A DNA stretch of 64,000 bases from Octopus sinensis (taxonomy: Eukaryota): assembly GCF_006345805.1 (NCBI RefSeq), contig NC_042998.1, positions 78,120,001-78,184,000 on the forward strand, written 5' to 3'. Below the pieces are notes generated by a model, which saw only the letters and a list, made by a program, of their open reading frames with translations, did no database searches and had not been told where the DNA came from. Positions 20,515-32,249 of this stretch are shown piece after piece; position 1 is the first letter of the stretch; each line of letters opens with the position of its first letter. The position numbers and the translations under genes were made by a program.

Positions 20515-22735
20515 AATAAAATTTGGGCAGAAGAAAAAATACACAATGAAAAGGATCATTGGTTGATAGAATATCTACAGACTTAGGCGCCCTAGAAGAG
20601 CAAAAGTGGGAGGGTATCAAGGTAGAGGATGTAAGATCTGCTCTCAGGAAGTCAAGCAAATGCAAGTCTCCAGGAAAGACTAAAATTCTTAACTTCTGAT
20701 TGAATGTCTTCCCAGAGAGCAATAAACTACTCACAAAACTCTACAACAATGTTTTGCAACAACCTGGTATGATTCCCTCTAGGTTAGATAATGGTGTAAC
20801 ATTCCTACTTCCAAAAAAATGAAGAATCAAATGAAGCAAAATATTATAGACCGATCACCTGCTTAACAACAATGTATAAAATACTAACATGTGTCCTGAC
20901 TGAATATACCTATAGTTTTTTTTTTAACAGAAAGTGCCATTGGGGGAATTACAACCGTGTATCGTGGTCTGCTACAACAGCTCCTTTATAGGATCCAGTT
21001 AGCTCAAGACATCATCAGGAGGAACCACGTCCGGTTTCTGCCCCTACTCCTCTACCGTTTTGAGGTGGCGCCCCCCCTCCTTTCGAAGGTGTCTTCAGCT
21101 TTGGTGTTGGGTGCATGTCTTCTTTCTTCTTCTTTCTTCTGTTCCCTGGCCTCTTCGATGTATCGTCAGCGAGTGTCAGCCGGTGACTGACTGATTTGTC
21201 AAAATGTTCCCTTTAAATACCTGCCGTAAGGCTCCAGCAGACAACCCCAGCAAGTTGTCACGTGACACTGTCTCACCTTAACTGACTAGTGAAGGCGCGT
21301 AGATTTAGCCCGCGCATTCTCTAAACGACCGTCACCTGTCAGTCAGCGAGGCTGATTCAGTGTCAGCTTGTCTCACCTCGTGATGCTATTTCCCGCCGGC
21401 ATGTTATGACTTTCAAGCCATTTTCGGTCTTCCCGCTCCAGCCGTATATAGAAGCTGGCTTTTTCGACCGTTTCCTGTACTCTCCTTATTAGTTTTCGCA
21501 GCTCGGAGCTAGAAAAAACAAATCTTCTCTTGAAAAGCGTTATCATTTTCCTTTCAATGAAGCCTCTAGCCCCCACTGCCAGGTGATAATATTCGACATT
21601 CCATCCCTGTTCTCTGCATTCTTCAGTTAGTTTTCGTACCTCGTCTCCTTTCGTTCCTCTGCATTGCCGATGTTCTCTTCCCAAGGTACTGTCAGTTCTA
21701 GTAAAATCCCTATTCTCCGGTCTCTGTTCCATAGGACTAAATCTGGTATTTTTGCTGTTTTTATTAGTGGAAATATTACTTGTCTTTCCAAGTCCGTGGC
21801 CAACCCCCAGTATCCCTATCATCTTTCGTCTATCTCATATACTTTACTTGTAGACCTGGTTTTATATCCTTTTCCCTCCTTGTGGAAGTATACTTTCCTG
21901 CGTTTTTCTACTTTTGGGTACTCTCCCCTATTGTACCTTTCGATCTTCTCCTTGAGTGCTACGCTTATGATGCCGAGGACTTGATTATGCCGCCATGTAT
22001 ATCTTGGGAAAAAATGAGCAAAAAGGATGTAAATGTGGGTCCTATGGTTGTAAAGATCAGTTACTCATGCATAAGATGATCTTGGAAGATTGTCACAAAC
22101 AACACAAAAATTTGTCGATAGCCTAGATAGACTATAAAAAAACTTTTGATAGTCTACCACATAGCAGGGTTAAGAAATATCAGAAAATGTATAAAATAGC
22201 ACCTATTCTACGAAGCTTCTGACCTGTAAGTATGAGATCATGGAGAACCACACTGACATTGAACAGTGACAATGAATCTCTTGATGCTGAAGATGTAAGA
22301 ATTTCACGTGACATTTTCTAGGGTTACTCTCTATCACCACCCCTCTTTTGTCTAGCCTTAATGCCTTTCTCGAAATTGCTCAATGATGTACAATCCGGTT
22401 ATGTAAGGTTTGATAAAGATATAAATCATCTCATTTACATGGATGATTTAAAGCTCTTTTGTCTAGCCTTAATGCCTCTCTCGAAATTGCTCAATGATGT
22501 ACAATACGGTTATGAAATGTTTGATAAAAATATAAATCATCTCATTTACATGGATGTTTTAAAGCTCTTTTCAAAAAATGACCAACAACTACAGGGTTTA
22601 CTAGCGATTGTTAAACAAGTCAGCTATGACATCAGGATGCAATTTGGCCTCAGTAAATGTGCAAAAGCTACTTTCATCAGTGGGAAAATGATTGAAACAC
22701 CCAGCGTTAGCCTTGACCAACAAAATGTCATAAAG
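20515..22735 (+). pseudogene. R4/Dong-like LINE reverse transcriptase, interrupted by a HERO-like insertion (20917-22012)
   Basis: KSPGKTKILNF..YRPITCLTTMYKILT | EQKGCKCGSYGCKDQLL..IDYKKTFDSLPH..SLSPPLFCLAL..NHLIYMDDLKLF..MQFGLSKCA. Confidence 0.9.
20917..22012 (-). mobile_element. HERO-clade RLE LINE 3' fragment with 3' UTR and poly(A)
   Basis: RYTWRHNQVL..PDLVLW..LLELTVPWEENI..GWNVEYYHLAVGARGF..VEKASFYI; T-run at 20917-20926 is the poly(A) on the minus strand. Confidence 0.85.
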
Positions 22736-23024
22736 AAGAAGAAGAAGAAGAAGAAGAAAAAGAAGAAGAAGAAGAAGAAGAAGAAGAAGAAGAAGAAGAA
22801 GAACAACAACAACACAACAACAACAACAACAACAACAGCAGCAGCAGCAGCAGTAGCAGCAGTTTATAATACTTAATCTATCGACCCCGAAAGGTTGAAA
22901 GGCAAAGTCGCCCTCGGCGAAATTTGACCTCAAAACGTAGCGACGGACGAAATACTGCTAAGCATATCGACCGGCGTGCTAACAATTCTATCACTTCGCG
23001 GACTGAATAATAATAATAATAATG

Positions 23025-23073
<49 letters not shown>

Positions 23074-23294
23074 TGATGATGTTGCTGTCTTTGTTACAAC
23101 TATCGGTGTCCAGAATTCTGCACATTTGAAGGATTTCGAATACTAACGTTTTTGGGTTTTTTTTCTTTTGTATTCTTTTATCAAATAGCTGTTCCCTTCC
23201 GTCCAAATCGAAATAGGAAGGAAAGGAAGAAGAAAAAGAAAAAGAAGAAGAAGAAGAAGAAGAAGAAGAAGAAGAAGAAGAAGAAGAAGAAGAG

Positions 23295-23343
<49 letters not shown>

Positions 23344-23477
23344 GTTTATAATTGTTCTTAACGGTTTAGACTGAAGAGAAAGAAATGAAACAATGAGTTA
23401 ATGAAGGACAGAGAGAAGCAGATTAAGTAGACAAATAGAGACCGAAAGCAACTGAGAGAGAAAGAAAGGTAAGGCGG

Positions 23478-23556
<79 letters not shown>

Positions 23557-23594
23557 AGAAAGAAGAAAGAAAGAAAGAAAGGAAGGAAAGAAAA

Positions 23595-23634
<40 letters not shown>

Positions 23635-23724
23635 AGAAAGAAAGGAAGGAAGAAGGAAGGAAGGAAGGAAGGAAGGAAGAAAAGAAAGAAAGAAAGAAAG
23701 AAAAAGAAAGAAAGAAGAAAGAAA

Positions 23725-23801
<77 letters not shown>

Positions 23802-23920
23802 GACAGCGACGTATAAACAGAGTGATAGACAGATGGATGGATGGATGGATGGATGGTTGGATGGATGGATGGATGGATGGATGGATGGATGGATGGATGG
23901 ATGGATGGATGGATGAACAA
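22735..23920. repeat. Compound microsatellites (AAG)n(AAC)n(CAG)n, (TAA)n, (GAAA/GGAA)n, (GGAT)n
   Basis: Read directly from the sequence; explains the low-complexity K/T/F/S ORFs. Confidence 0.95.
22873..22995 (-). mobile_element. SINE family A fragment
   Basis: Reverse complement of the head/core TTAGCACGCCGG..GCTTAGCAGTATTTCGTC..GACTTTGCCTTTCA. Confidence 0.75.
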
Positions 23921-24156
23921 ACAAATGAAAACTGGTGTACAGAGAAAATGATAACTTGACAGACCGAATGGAAATCTGCGGAGGAATAAATATACAAAGA
24001 CCAGGGCTAAAAAAGACATAGAAACAAACAGGAAAATGTGAATTATAAACTAGCAAAAGAGAAAATAAAATCGGAAAAGAAATCTTAATGATATTACTAA
24101 GATAGGGCCAAATTAATCTAGTTATAGACAGCCTTAACATACAAATCAACGTTGTC

Positions 24157-24202
24157 AACTCGGTTGCCAGTAAACCCTTGTCACTCCCCCCACCCCCACC
24201 CC

Positions 24203-24250
<48 letters not shown>

Positions 24251-24280
24251 GTGGGTGGCTGGGTGTTGGGTAGTGACAAG

Positions 24281-24314
<34 letters not shown>

Positions 24315-24589
24315 TTTGTGTGGGGTGGGTGGGTGGGTGGGTGGGCGTTGGGTAGTGCAAAGAGTTTACTACTGAACCGAGTTTATCTTTACAACCATAT
24401 ATATATATATATATGTATAACATATACATATGTATATACATATATATATATACAACGATAGTGACGATGGGATAAGATGCAAGATTTACTTCCCTTGCAT
24501 GTTTATAAAAATTATATTTATATATATATATATATATTATATGTGTGTGTGTGGGTGTGGTGGGTGGCTGGGGTTTGGGTAGTGACAAG

Positions 24590-24623
<34 letters not shown>

Positions 24624-24826
24624 TTGTGTGTGGGTGGGTGGGTGGGTGGGTGGGCGTTGGGTAGTGACAAGAGTTTACTGGCAACCGAGTTTATCTTTAC
24701 AACCATATATATATATATATATGTATACATATACATATGTATATACATATATATATATACAACGATAGTGACGATGGGGATAAGATGCAAGAGTTACTTC
24801 CCTTGCATGTTTATAAAAATTATATT

Positions 24827-24835
<9 letters not shown>
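24157..24835. repeat. About 300-bp tandem duplication plus a short inverted copy
   Basis: Two direct units (about 24232-24535 and 24540-24835) share GGGTAGTGACAAG, CCGAGTTTATCTTTACAACC and GATGCAAG..CTTGCATG; 24157-24185 is the reverse complement of 24663-24691. Confidence 0.85.
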
Positions 24836-24867
<32 letters not shown>

Positions 24868-25268
24868 ATGTATTTATGTTTGTATGCATTATGTATATAT
24901 GTGTGTGTGTGTCTGTGTGTGTTAATGTTTCCGTTTTTGTGTTGTAGTTAAATCCAATAAAAGCGTAACAATAACTATTGATTTCCTTCTTTCTCTCTTG
25001 TTTGTTTTTCTGTCCTTAGTAAGAGTAGAAGCCGTGTTATAGCAAATACTTGTCGAAGTTGAACGACGGTCGATTCGATAGATTGAAATGTTAGAGTGTT
25101 ACGATATGATACGTTAAAACTATATAATTTAATATATGATGTTACGTAATATAATACACATAATAATTGCAATATAATGATTTCTAAAACGGACAATAAT
25201 AGAATGATATATAATAATAGAGCGTGATATGATATAATCAAATATATAGTAATATAATATTGTTAATA

Positions 25269-25497
25269 AGGTGTCGAGCTGGCAGAAACATTAACACGCC
25301 GGGCGAATTGCTTAGCAGAATCTTCGTCTGTCATTAAGTTCTGAGTTCGAATCCCGCCGATGTCGACTTTGCCTTTCGTCCATTCGGAGTCGATAAATTA
25401 AGTACCAGTTGCGTATTAGGGTCGATCTAATCGACTGAGCCCCACCCCCACCCCCCGAAAATTTCGGGCCTTGTGCCTAGAGTAGAAAAGAATATTT
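25269..25497 (+). mobile_element. tRNA-derived SINE family A, tail type 2
   Basis: A/B-box-like head (GGCAGAA..TTA, GAGTTCGAATCCC), core GTCGACTTTGCCTTTC.TCC.TTCGG.GTCGATAAA, tail AAATTTCGGGCCTTGTGCCTAGAGTAGAAAAGA. Confidence 0.85.
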
Positions 25498-25720
25498 AGT
25501 AATGACTCTTCTGAGTAGAAATCCTGAGGAAGTATACTTTGTAAGTAATCCATTCGGGAGATGAACTCCAAATCGAGTAATATGAACGATTTAGTTGCCT
25601 TCTTACTTCTCTCAGATTGTCCTGTTGGTTACCTTCGCTGTTATGATTTTATTACTGCTGTTAACACTGTCTCAGTCCTGAGACAACCAGCTACCGATGC
25701 GCGCCGCTGCATCCACCATA

Positions 25721-25953
25721 AGGCGGCGAGCTGGCAGAAACATTAGCACGCCGGATGAAATGCTTAGCGGTATTTCGTCTGCCGTTACATTCTGAGTTCA
25801 AATTCGGCCGAGGTTGACTTTGCCTTTCATCCTTTCGGGGTCGATAAATTAAGTACCAGTTCCGCACTGGGGTCGATGTAATCGACTCAATACCTATGTC
25901 TGTCCTTGTTTGTCCCCTCTATGTTTAGCCCCTTGTGGGTAATAAAGAAATAA
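25721..25953 (+). mobile_element. tRNA-derived SINE family A, tail type 1 (Tx1-like tail)
   Basis: Full head and core; tail TTGTCCCCTCTATGTTTAGCCCCTTGTGGGTAATAAAGAAATA. Confidence 0.9.
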
Positions 25954-26139
25954 TCCTAGTGCGTTTCTATCTCTGCTAGATACTTCCTCTTCTGCTGTGA
26001 CCCCGTAGCATGTGTCTGAGCTATATGAAAAAAAAATATGAAGACCGCATCACGATTTCAATCTCATTGAAATCATTTCGTTCATTTATACTCCTACTGG
26101 GCTTCGTAATTTCATATACCTTTCTCCTTTTATTTATTT

Positions 26140-26383
26140 ATTTATTTATTTACCTTTATTTATTTCAGTCATTAGACTGCAGTCATGCTGGGGTACCACC
26201 TTAATGAATTTTTAGTCAATCTTATCAGCCTTCGGATTTATTATCTTTTAAAGTTTGGTACTTATCGGCCTCTTTCGCCGAACCGCTAGTTTAAGGGGAC
26301 GTAAACACACCGACATCGGTTGTGTGCGGTGGTAGTGGACATCCACAGACACAAAGACACACATACATACATGCATACATACA

Positions 26384-26445
<62 letters not shown>

Positions 26446-26486
26446 TATATACATACATATATATATATATATATACATATATATAC

Positions 26487-26534
<48 letters not shown>

Positions 26535-26585
26535 TATATATATATACATATATATATACATATATATACATACATACATATATAT

Positions 26586-26618
<33 letters not shown>

Positions 26619-26760
26619 CATATTCATATATATACGACAAATCTCTTTTCAATTTCAATGTCCATCAAATCCACTCACAAGGCCTTTGGTCGGCCACGCA
26701 GTAGGACTGAATCAGGAACCATGTGGTTGAGAAGCAAACTTCTCACATCACAGCCACGTC
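26140..26760 (-). mobile_element. SINE family B with expanded internal (TA)/(CATA) microsatellite
   Basis: Head at 26640-26760 and tail at 26140-26330 match 55144-55550 in reverse. Confidence 0.75.
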
Positions 26761-26849
26761 TATCTATCTATTTATATACTGCATACACACACACGCACAC
26801 ACGCGCGCGCATGCACACACACACACACACACGCACACACATACAAAAA

Positions 26850-27057
26850 CGCGGGACTACTGAAAAGTCCTTGGCTTTGGGTAAAAGAAAATACAGGAGG
26901 ATCAGTTAATCATGATTTTATCCAACATATTCTCCTCTCAGTTTCACCCATTTACTGCAGCGGTGCTTCAGTTTGTCTAAGCCCTGTAACAGAACCTTGA
27001 AAATTGGGCCTCCCTTTTGCGCTACCCTTAAAGCCAGGAACTTTTCAGCAACCCTCA
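26850..27057. mobile_element. Tc1/mariner-type MITE
   Basis: Imperfect TIRs ..CTGAAAAGTCCTTGGC / GCCAGGAACTTTTCAGCAACCCTC, TA on the right flank; second copy at 39656-39873. Confidence 0.8.
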
Positions 27058-27099
27058 TATAGTTTGGTCCTTTACTGTTTCTGTCCGCATTCCTCGCAG

Positions 27100-27153
27100 A
27101 TCAAGATATAGAACATGAAGAACAAGGCGTCTTGCAATATCAGAATTCAGAAG
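27100..27153 (+). CDS. Candidate internal coding exon (54 nt, phase 1-1): DQDIEHEEQGVLQYQNSE
   Basis: Polypyrimidine acceptor ctttactgtttctgtccgcattcctcgcAG, donor AG|GTAAGC, open frame, non-repetitive sequence. Confidence 0.6.
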
Positions 27154-27811
27154 GTAAGCTACAAATCGAAATACAGGTTATTCTAAAATGCCAGTTACAA
27201 TTACCATCACAGGAGCTTCAGGAAGGAAAATCAATAGGTATATCGAAAGAATATTAATATGTACAATACCCTCGCTTTCAGATATTTTATTTGTTACAAA
27301 GTAGAAATTATTTTCGACCATCACAGAACACTGCCCATATGACAGACATAGAAAATTCAATATGAGCCTACGAAGATCACTCTATGTGGCTACTGAGTTT
27401 GTTAGAAATAGCAGCAAATCTCTCTCAAAGCAAAACTCTACTGTCTCAAAAGTGATTAAAACATTAAATGTAGTAATAAATATACAAAAAGATGCGATAA
27501 TTCCTGATGAGAACACTTTTGCTGTTAGATCTGTTTGTTGGGGGCCAATTCGAGTTAAGCAACAACATAGAAAATGCGTCTCGCCTATATATAGACATAT
27601 ATACAGATCCATGTGCACATTTATACACATATCATCATATACATTCATAAATAAATATTTGTACACTCAAAATTTAATAACATAAATTGCATTGCAAACA
27701 TCTTTAGGACAGACCTAAATGTTATTACAGAAGATAAAATGGATAAGCTATCATAAGATTTGAGTTGAGCTTCCTGCTCCCTTCCCAAGAGAGGCTCTAT
27801 TAATTTTGCAG

Positions 27812-27939
27812 AATCCTCCTACGCACCACTCCTCAAACAAGATGATTCCGTAAACAGCGTTCCTGCTGATAAACCCATCACAGTCTCTACTCCTGTTACT
27901 TCCAACTCCACAGTACACAGACAAAACAAGACCCTGTAG
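27812..27939 (+). CDS. Candidate terminal coding exon: (E)SSYAPLLKQDDSVNSVPADKPITVSTPVTSNSTVHRQNKTL*
   Basis: Acceptor taattttgcAG, phase 1 compatible with the 27100-27153 exon, TAG at 27937-27939, AATAAA at 28225. Confidence 0.55.
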
Positions 27940-28454
27940 AATCACAACAACTCAAAGTCACCAAGTGCAAAAATTTGATTGCGTCAACGGGGATACCTCT
28001 ATGTGATCGCTCCAACTCCTTGTAATAACGACCACATTCTTTCACATCTACTCCACAGCGTTAGAAACAATGAAGAGCACATTCGACAATGTAGTCTCAG
28101 ATATATAAAAAAAAACGGGATGGTCGTGGCTGGCTGGTCAAAGTTCTGCTTGATTGAAACTGACTTGAGGCTAAACAACTAGCGTGAGATACCTAAGAAA
28201 CAACTGCATGCTCCTTCACCCTACAATAAATCACCTTCAAATTTTACCATGACATTTAAAATAAAGAATGGATTGATTGGCCAATATAGTCTCACGCATA
28301 CAAAAAGACGGAATGGTCACAGTTGTATAGTTTTTTTAACATTGGGTTTCCGCAATTAGAACTGACCGAGGGCGAATCATTCACCATTTCTCGGTTAGAA
28401 ATACCAGCCAATATTATTTAAAACCACACCTTATCGTCTTCTATATAAGAAAAT

Positions 28455-28685
28455 GGCGGCGAACTGGGCAGAATCGTTAGCACGCCGGGTGAAATGCTTA
28501 GCAGTATTTCGTCTGTCTTTACGTTCTGAGTTCAAATTCCGCCGAGGTCGACTTTGCTTTTCATCCTTTCGGGGTCGATAAATAAAGTACCAGTTTCGCA
28601 CTGGGGTCGCTGTAATCGACTTAATCCCTTTGTATGTCCTTGTTTGTCCCCTCTATGTTTAGCCGCTTGTGGGCAATAAAGAAAT
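28455..28685 (+). mobile_element. SINE family A, tail type 1
   Basis: Full head, core and tail, ending GTGGGCAATAAAGAAATA. Confidence 0.9.
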
Positions 28686-28979
28686 ATATATAAGAAAATG
28701 GTATGTATTAGGTAATGTAATCTAAGATAATAGAGCTGTATGCCTGTGTATGTGTGTGTACGTGAGGCGCATTTGCTATGTTGTCGTTTAGCTCAGATCT
28801 GCTTCCAGGAAGCAGATCTGTGATCAAAGGTGTCCTAAGCTACAATGACGTTGATCATTGTTAAGATATGCGGTTAAATGCTAACAATTTTCCTCAACTA
28901 CTTCCACAGAAACAACCAGTTCTGGCACTCTTCTTCTGGTACTTTTAAACAAATCACTACCACATAAGCTCGCGGGATA

Positions 28980-29350
28980 CTTCAACTATTTTCTGATACT
29001 CGGCGCCTATGTAAATTTCAGGTTCGACTTCCCTCTTTGTCCCTAACGTCTTTCTAGCACCCCTGTATATTCGAACCCTATCTTTCTGATCATATCCAGA
29101 GAACAGCATGCGATGCATGATGTTCTGTACATGTTTTTTCGTTTCATATGGTTTGCATAGTGGGGACATGTTATTCATTATCCTAACTATGTCTGCTATC
29201 AGTATGCTAATTTTCATGTTGTGTGACAAAGCTGAGTTCAAGTAATACCAAAAGAGTATATTTTCGTATTTAAATTCTAGATTCCTCGTAGTGATATCAA
29301 TGAAATCCATTATATCCTTCCTTACAGCCTTTCGCACTGTATAAAGAAAA
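28980..29350 (-). pseudogene. Penelope-like RT C-terminal fragment
   Basis: KISILIADIVRIMNNMSPLC..KHVQNIMHRMLFSGYDQKDRVRIYRGAR resembles PLE RT-thumb regions (recognised from memory). Confidence 0.55.
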
Positions 29351-29389
29351 AAGGTTTGACTTATAGGTGCAAGCATGGTAGAGTCTCTT

Positions 29390-29712
29390 TTGAGAAGCCC
29401 ACTTTGCAACCACGTGGTGTCAGGTTCAGTCCCACTGCGTGACACTTCGGATGTCTTCTTGTATTGCCGTGGGCCAACTAATGCCTTGTGAGCGAATTTG
29501 GTAGGCGGTAACTGTGGAAGACCGTATATATCCGTTGGTGTGTATCTTTTTTATGCGTGTGTTTATTGTCTCTACTCTTGACAACTGGGGTTGGTGTTCG
29601 GAGAAAGGGGCCGAGAGAATAAGTACCAGACTTTAAAAAATAAGTGATGGGGGTCGATGTGTTCGATTAAACCCTTCAATGGCCACAATCCAATGCCTGA
29701 AACAAGTAAAAG
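29390..29712 (+). mobile_element. Degenerate SINE family B
   Basis: CAACCACGTGG..GGTTCAGTCCCACTGCGTG..ATGCCTTGTGAG..GAATAAGTAC..CTGAAACAAGTAAAAG. Confidence 0.7.
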
Positions 29713-29862
29713 ACTGAAACGAGTCAAAGATAAGACTGGAACAAGCAAAAGATAAGACTGAAACGAGTCAAAGATAAGACTGGAACGAGTAAAAGATAAC
29801 GCTGAAACGAGTAAAAGATAACGTTGATACGAGTAAAAGATAACGTTGATACGAGTAAAAGG
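29697..29862 (+). repeat. About 22-bp minisatellite derived from the SINE B 3' end
   Basis: CTGAAACGAGT(A/C)AAAGATAA(GA/CG) repeated about 7 times. Confidence 0.85.
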
Positions 29863-31264
29863 TAAAGAATGGGAGCCAAAAACGTGTCGCTTACTGGGTT
29901 TCTGTTTGCATTTTAGTGCGTCACCACCAATAGTATATAGATTCTATACATAAACCGCAAATCTGAACCGAATAATACAGTTGTTGACTTACTTCAGTAA
30001 GTATGTGTACACAATTCGGGGAAGGAAATAACTCAAGGTATTATCTTTGAATTAGTTATTTCGCCCGAATTGCGTACACATGTTTCCATGTCACTCTCAC
30101 AGTTGTAAATGTAGTGGACATGTGACTGTCCAGTTGGAAACCTGTTACCAACGGTACTATTGCAACGAAATGTTATAAAAAATCTATAACTAAAAAGTGA
30201 AGATTGCTTTGGAAATACAATCCGAACCTCGGAATGAATGCATTTGAAACGTTTCTCACCAAGCTTAGAAAAATTTGTTTAAACTCGACAGGATGGACTT
30301 AACCTAAAATTCACCGCACGAAAAATCGTCATTGGTGGTCGTGCAATAAAATAAATTACGTGAGTCATCAAAGAGAATTTTTTGACAGAGAATGCTAGTT
30401 GAACGACATCAGCGAAGTTCTTTCGGTAACTTGACAGAGGACCGTACATAATGTTTTACGATATCTAATTTTATGCTTCATAGTTTTACTTTTAGACTCT
30501 TCTGTTTACGCTTCATTTTTTAGCCGTTTCTTTCATGGACATTAACATTATCTGTTAAATTATTGTTTTATTTTCTTTGAAATATTTTTCAACGCTTTTT
30601 TCTAATGTTAGCATCTTGTGAAGAAATATGTTATGATGTGGCATTCTTAGGCTTAATTTAGAATTTTTTTCCCAAGAATATTTATTTTCAAAATGTTTAA
30701 AGAAATTGCAAGCATTTAAAAATTGGTCATTTCCCTAACATTTTAAATCATGTTCCGGCACCTCGGAGCTTCTACGTGGTCGTTCGACTCGCTAGAAGTT
30801 GCAGCTATATTACTTTTGTTATACTCATTTGCCGTGGAAAATGAAGCACACATTATGTAATGTAGTCTTGGATACACAATGTCGGACATAAGGACAGGAT
30901 AATCATGGTTGGATTGAAATACTTTTGATCTCCGGTCTCCTGGGTCAGAGTCAACAACAAACACAACAACAGTTACTAAGTTATAACTGTTGTAAAAACT
31001 TCACGAAAACTATTATTGTCCTACGATTTATTATTCTCTAAAATAAACAGTTTCTGTGATGAGCAAATTTATTTCATAAAATATCTTAAGCAATTGTTTG
31101 CACAAGAAATTTGGAACGGGGCAGATCAAGTGATACGAAGCGCATCCACTGCTTTGATACTGCACAGGGAAAACCTACTTAACTCTCTCACCGTCAGAAT
31201 CCTGGTGAACAGATTTAACGAGGCGGAGACCCTTCTTACTGTGAACATTAAAACAAATACTCAC

Positions 31265-31297
31265 CCACCAGGGCGAACTGAAGTACATATTCGACCA
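31265..31297 (-). CDS. Candidate 33-nt micro-exon (WSNMYFSSPWW or VEYVLQFALV)
   Basis: Minus-strand acceptor ttttatttatttccAG and donor TGG|GTGAGT; no other support. Confidence 0.3.
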
Positions 31298-32249
31298 CTG
31301 GAAATAAATAAAAGCTAACTAGACAACGCACCTCTTGGTACTATGACTCGTTCAAGCACGGTCAACGACACGACGACGCACCCAGTCACTTCTGTTGGAA
31401 ATTACATTGTTAAAGAAAACTATATTCTTCGCTTGCTTCCGTCTTTTTTATATATATATATAAATAAGCAGTCTCTATAATTAGAAGGTCTACGTTACAC
31501 TGTGAAGTATATCTGCATCAAAACGCAATAGGAATAAGTCTCTGGAGCCTCTGTATCTTTCTTTCCCGTTTAACTTTTGCTGTCTGTTTTCCTACTCAGT
31601 GCATGTTAAACGTAGTACGTTTATCAGAGAACTGTCAACGACAGAGAGTCGATTGTACGAGAAACTCCGCCCTTCTTTCAAAAAGTTTAGTGGATTGTTC
31701 TTTAATTTGTTTTCCTTATCTACACTCCACCCTTTGTTATAGTTAGATTGTTTTACCATCCGATTATGCGTGCGTGGCTGCGTGTTTGTATGATTTACTG
31801 CCTGTTAGAAGTTTAGGTCTATGTATATATTTGTTGATATGTGTTTTTGAGTGCTTGTGTGCAGGTATATCATTATATTAACCCTTTCATGTATGTGTAT
31901 GCGTCGGTGGGTGTTTGTCTGTACTTGTGTGAGTGTGAATTTGCTTCTGTTTGCTATTATTATTTTCCTTGTTCCCATCCTTCACCGTATGATACCTCTT
32001 TCTGCCATCAAAATCGGAGATGACATTAAAGTTTGTATTTTTCTTTATGGGTATTATTGGATGATGGAAATGGTAAAGCAGCGGCCCACAAGCACTGAGG
32101 TGCTTAGTGTCTAAGCTTAAATGCGCCCGAAAGACTAGTTTTCATCTTATCGTGTTCGAGAAGGAATCGATCAAATACTTGGATCGATTAAATAAACTGT
32201 TTATACACAAAATAAATATGACCTTAAAGTAATGTAAGAAACCGTTACT

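Noticed and set aside
20945-21030. CTGATGA..GATAC in the HERO 3' region as a hammerhead
   Set aside because: GAAA is altered, extra bases break the stem II junction, and stem I does not pair.
25613-25720. Exon candidate (IVLLVTFAVMILLLLLTLSQS* or DCPVGYLRC..)
   Set aside because: Good acceptor but no convincing donor in a phase compatible with the 27100 exon; the hydrophobic frame hits a stop.
29697-29862. CRISPR-like array
   Set aside because: Contiguous tandem units without unique spacers, derived from a SINE tail in a eukaryotic context; no cas genes.
30070-30135. Hairpin CATGTC/GACATG with GAAAC-ATGT-GTA on the minus strand
   Set aside because: The 5' core does not resemble CUGANGA and stem I is absent.
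31332-31391. 60-nt phase-1 exon candidate upstream of the 31265 micro-exon (minus strand)
   Set aside because: It would require an intron of only 34 nt, which is implausibly short.
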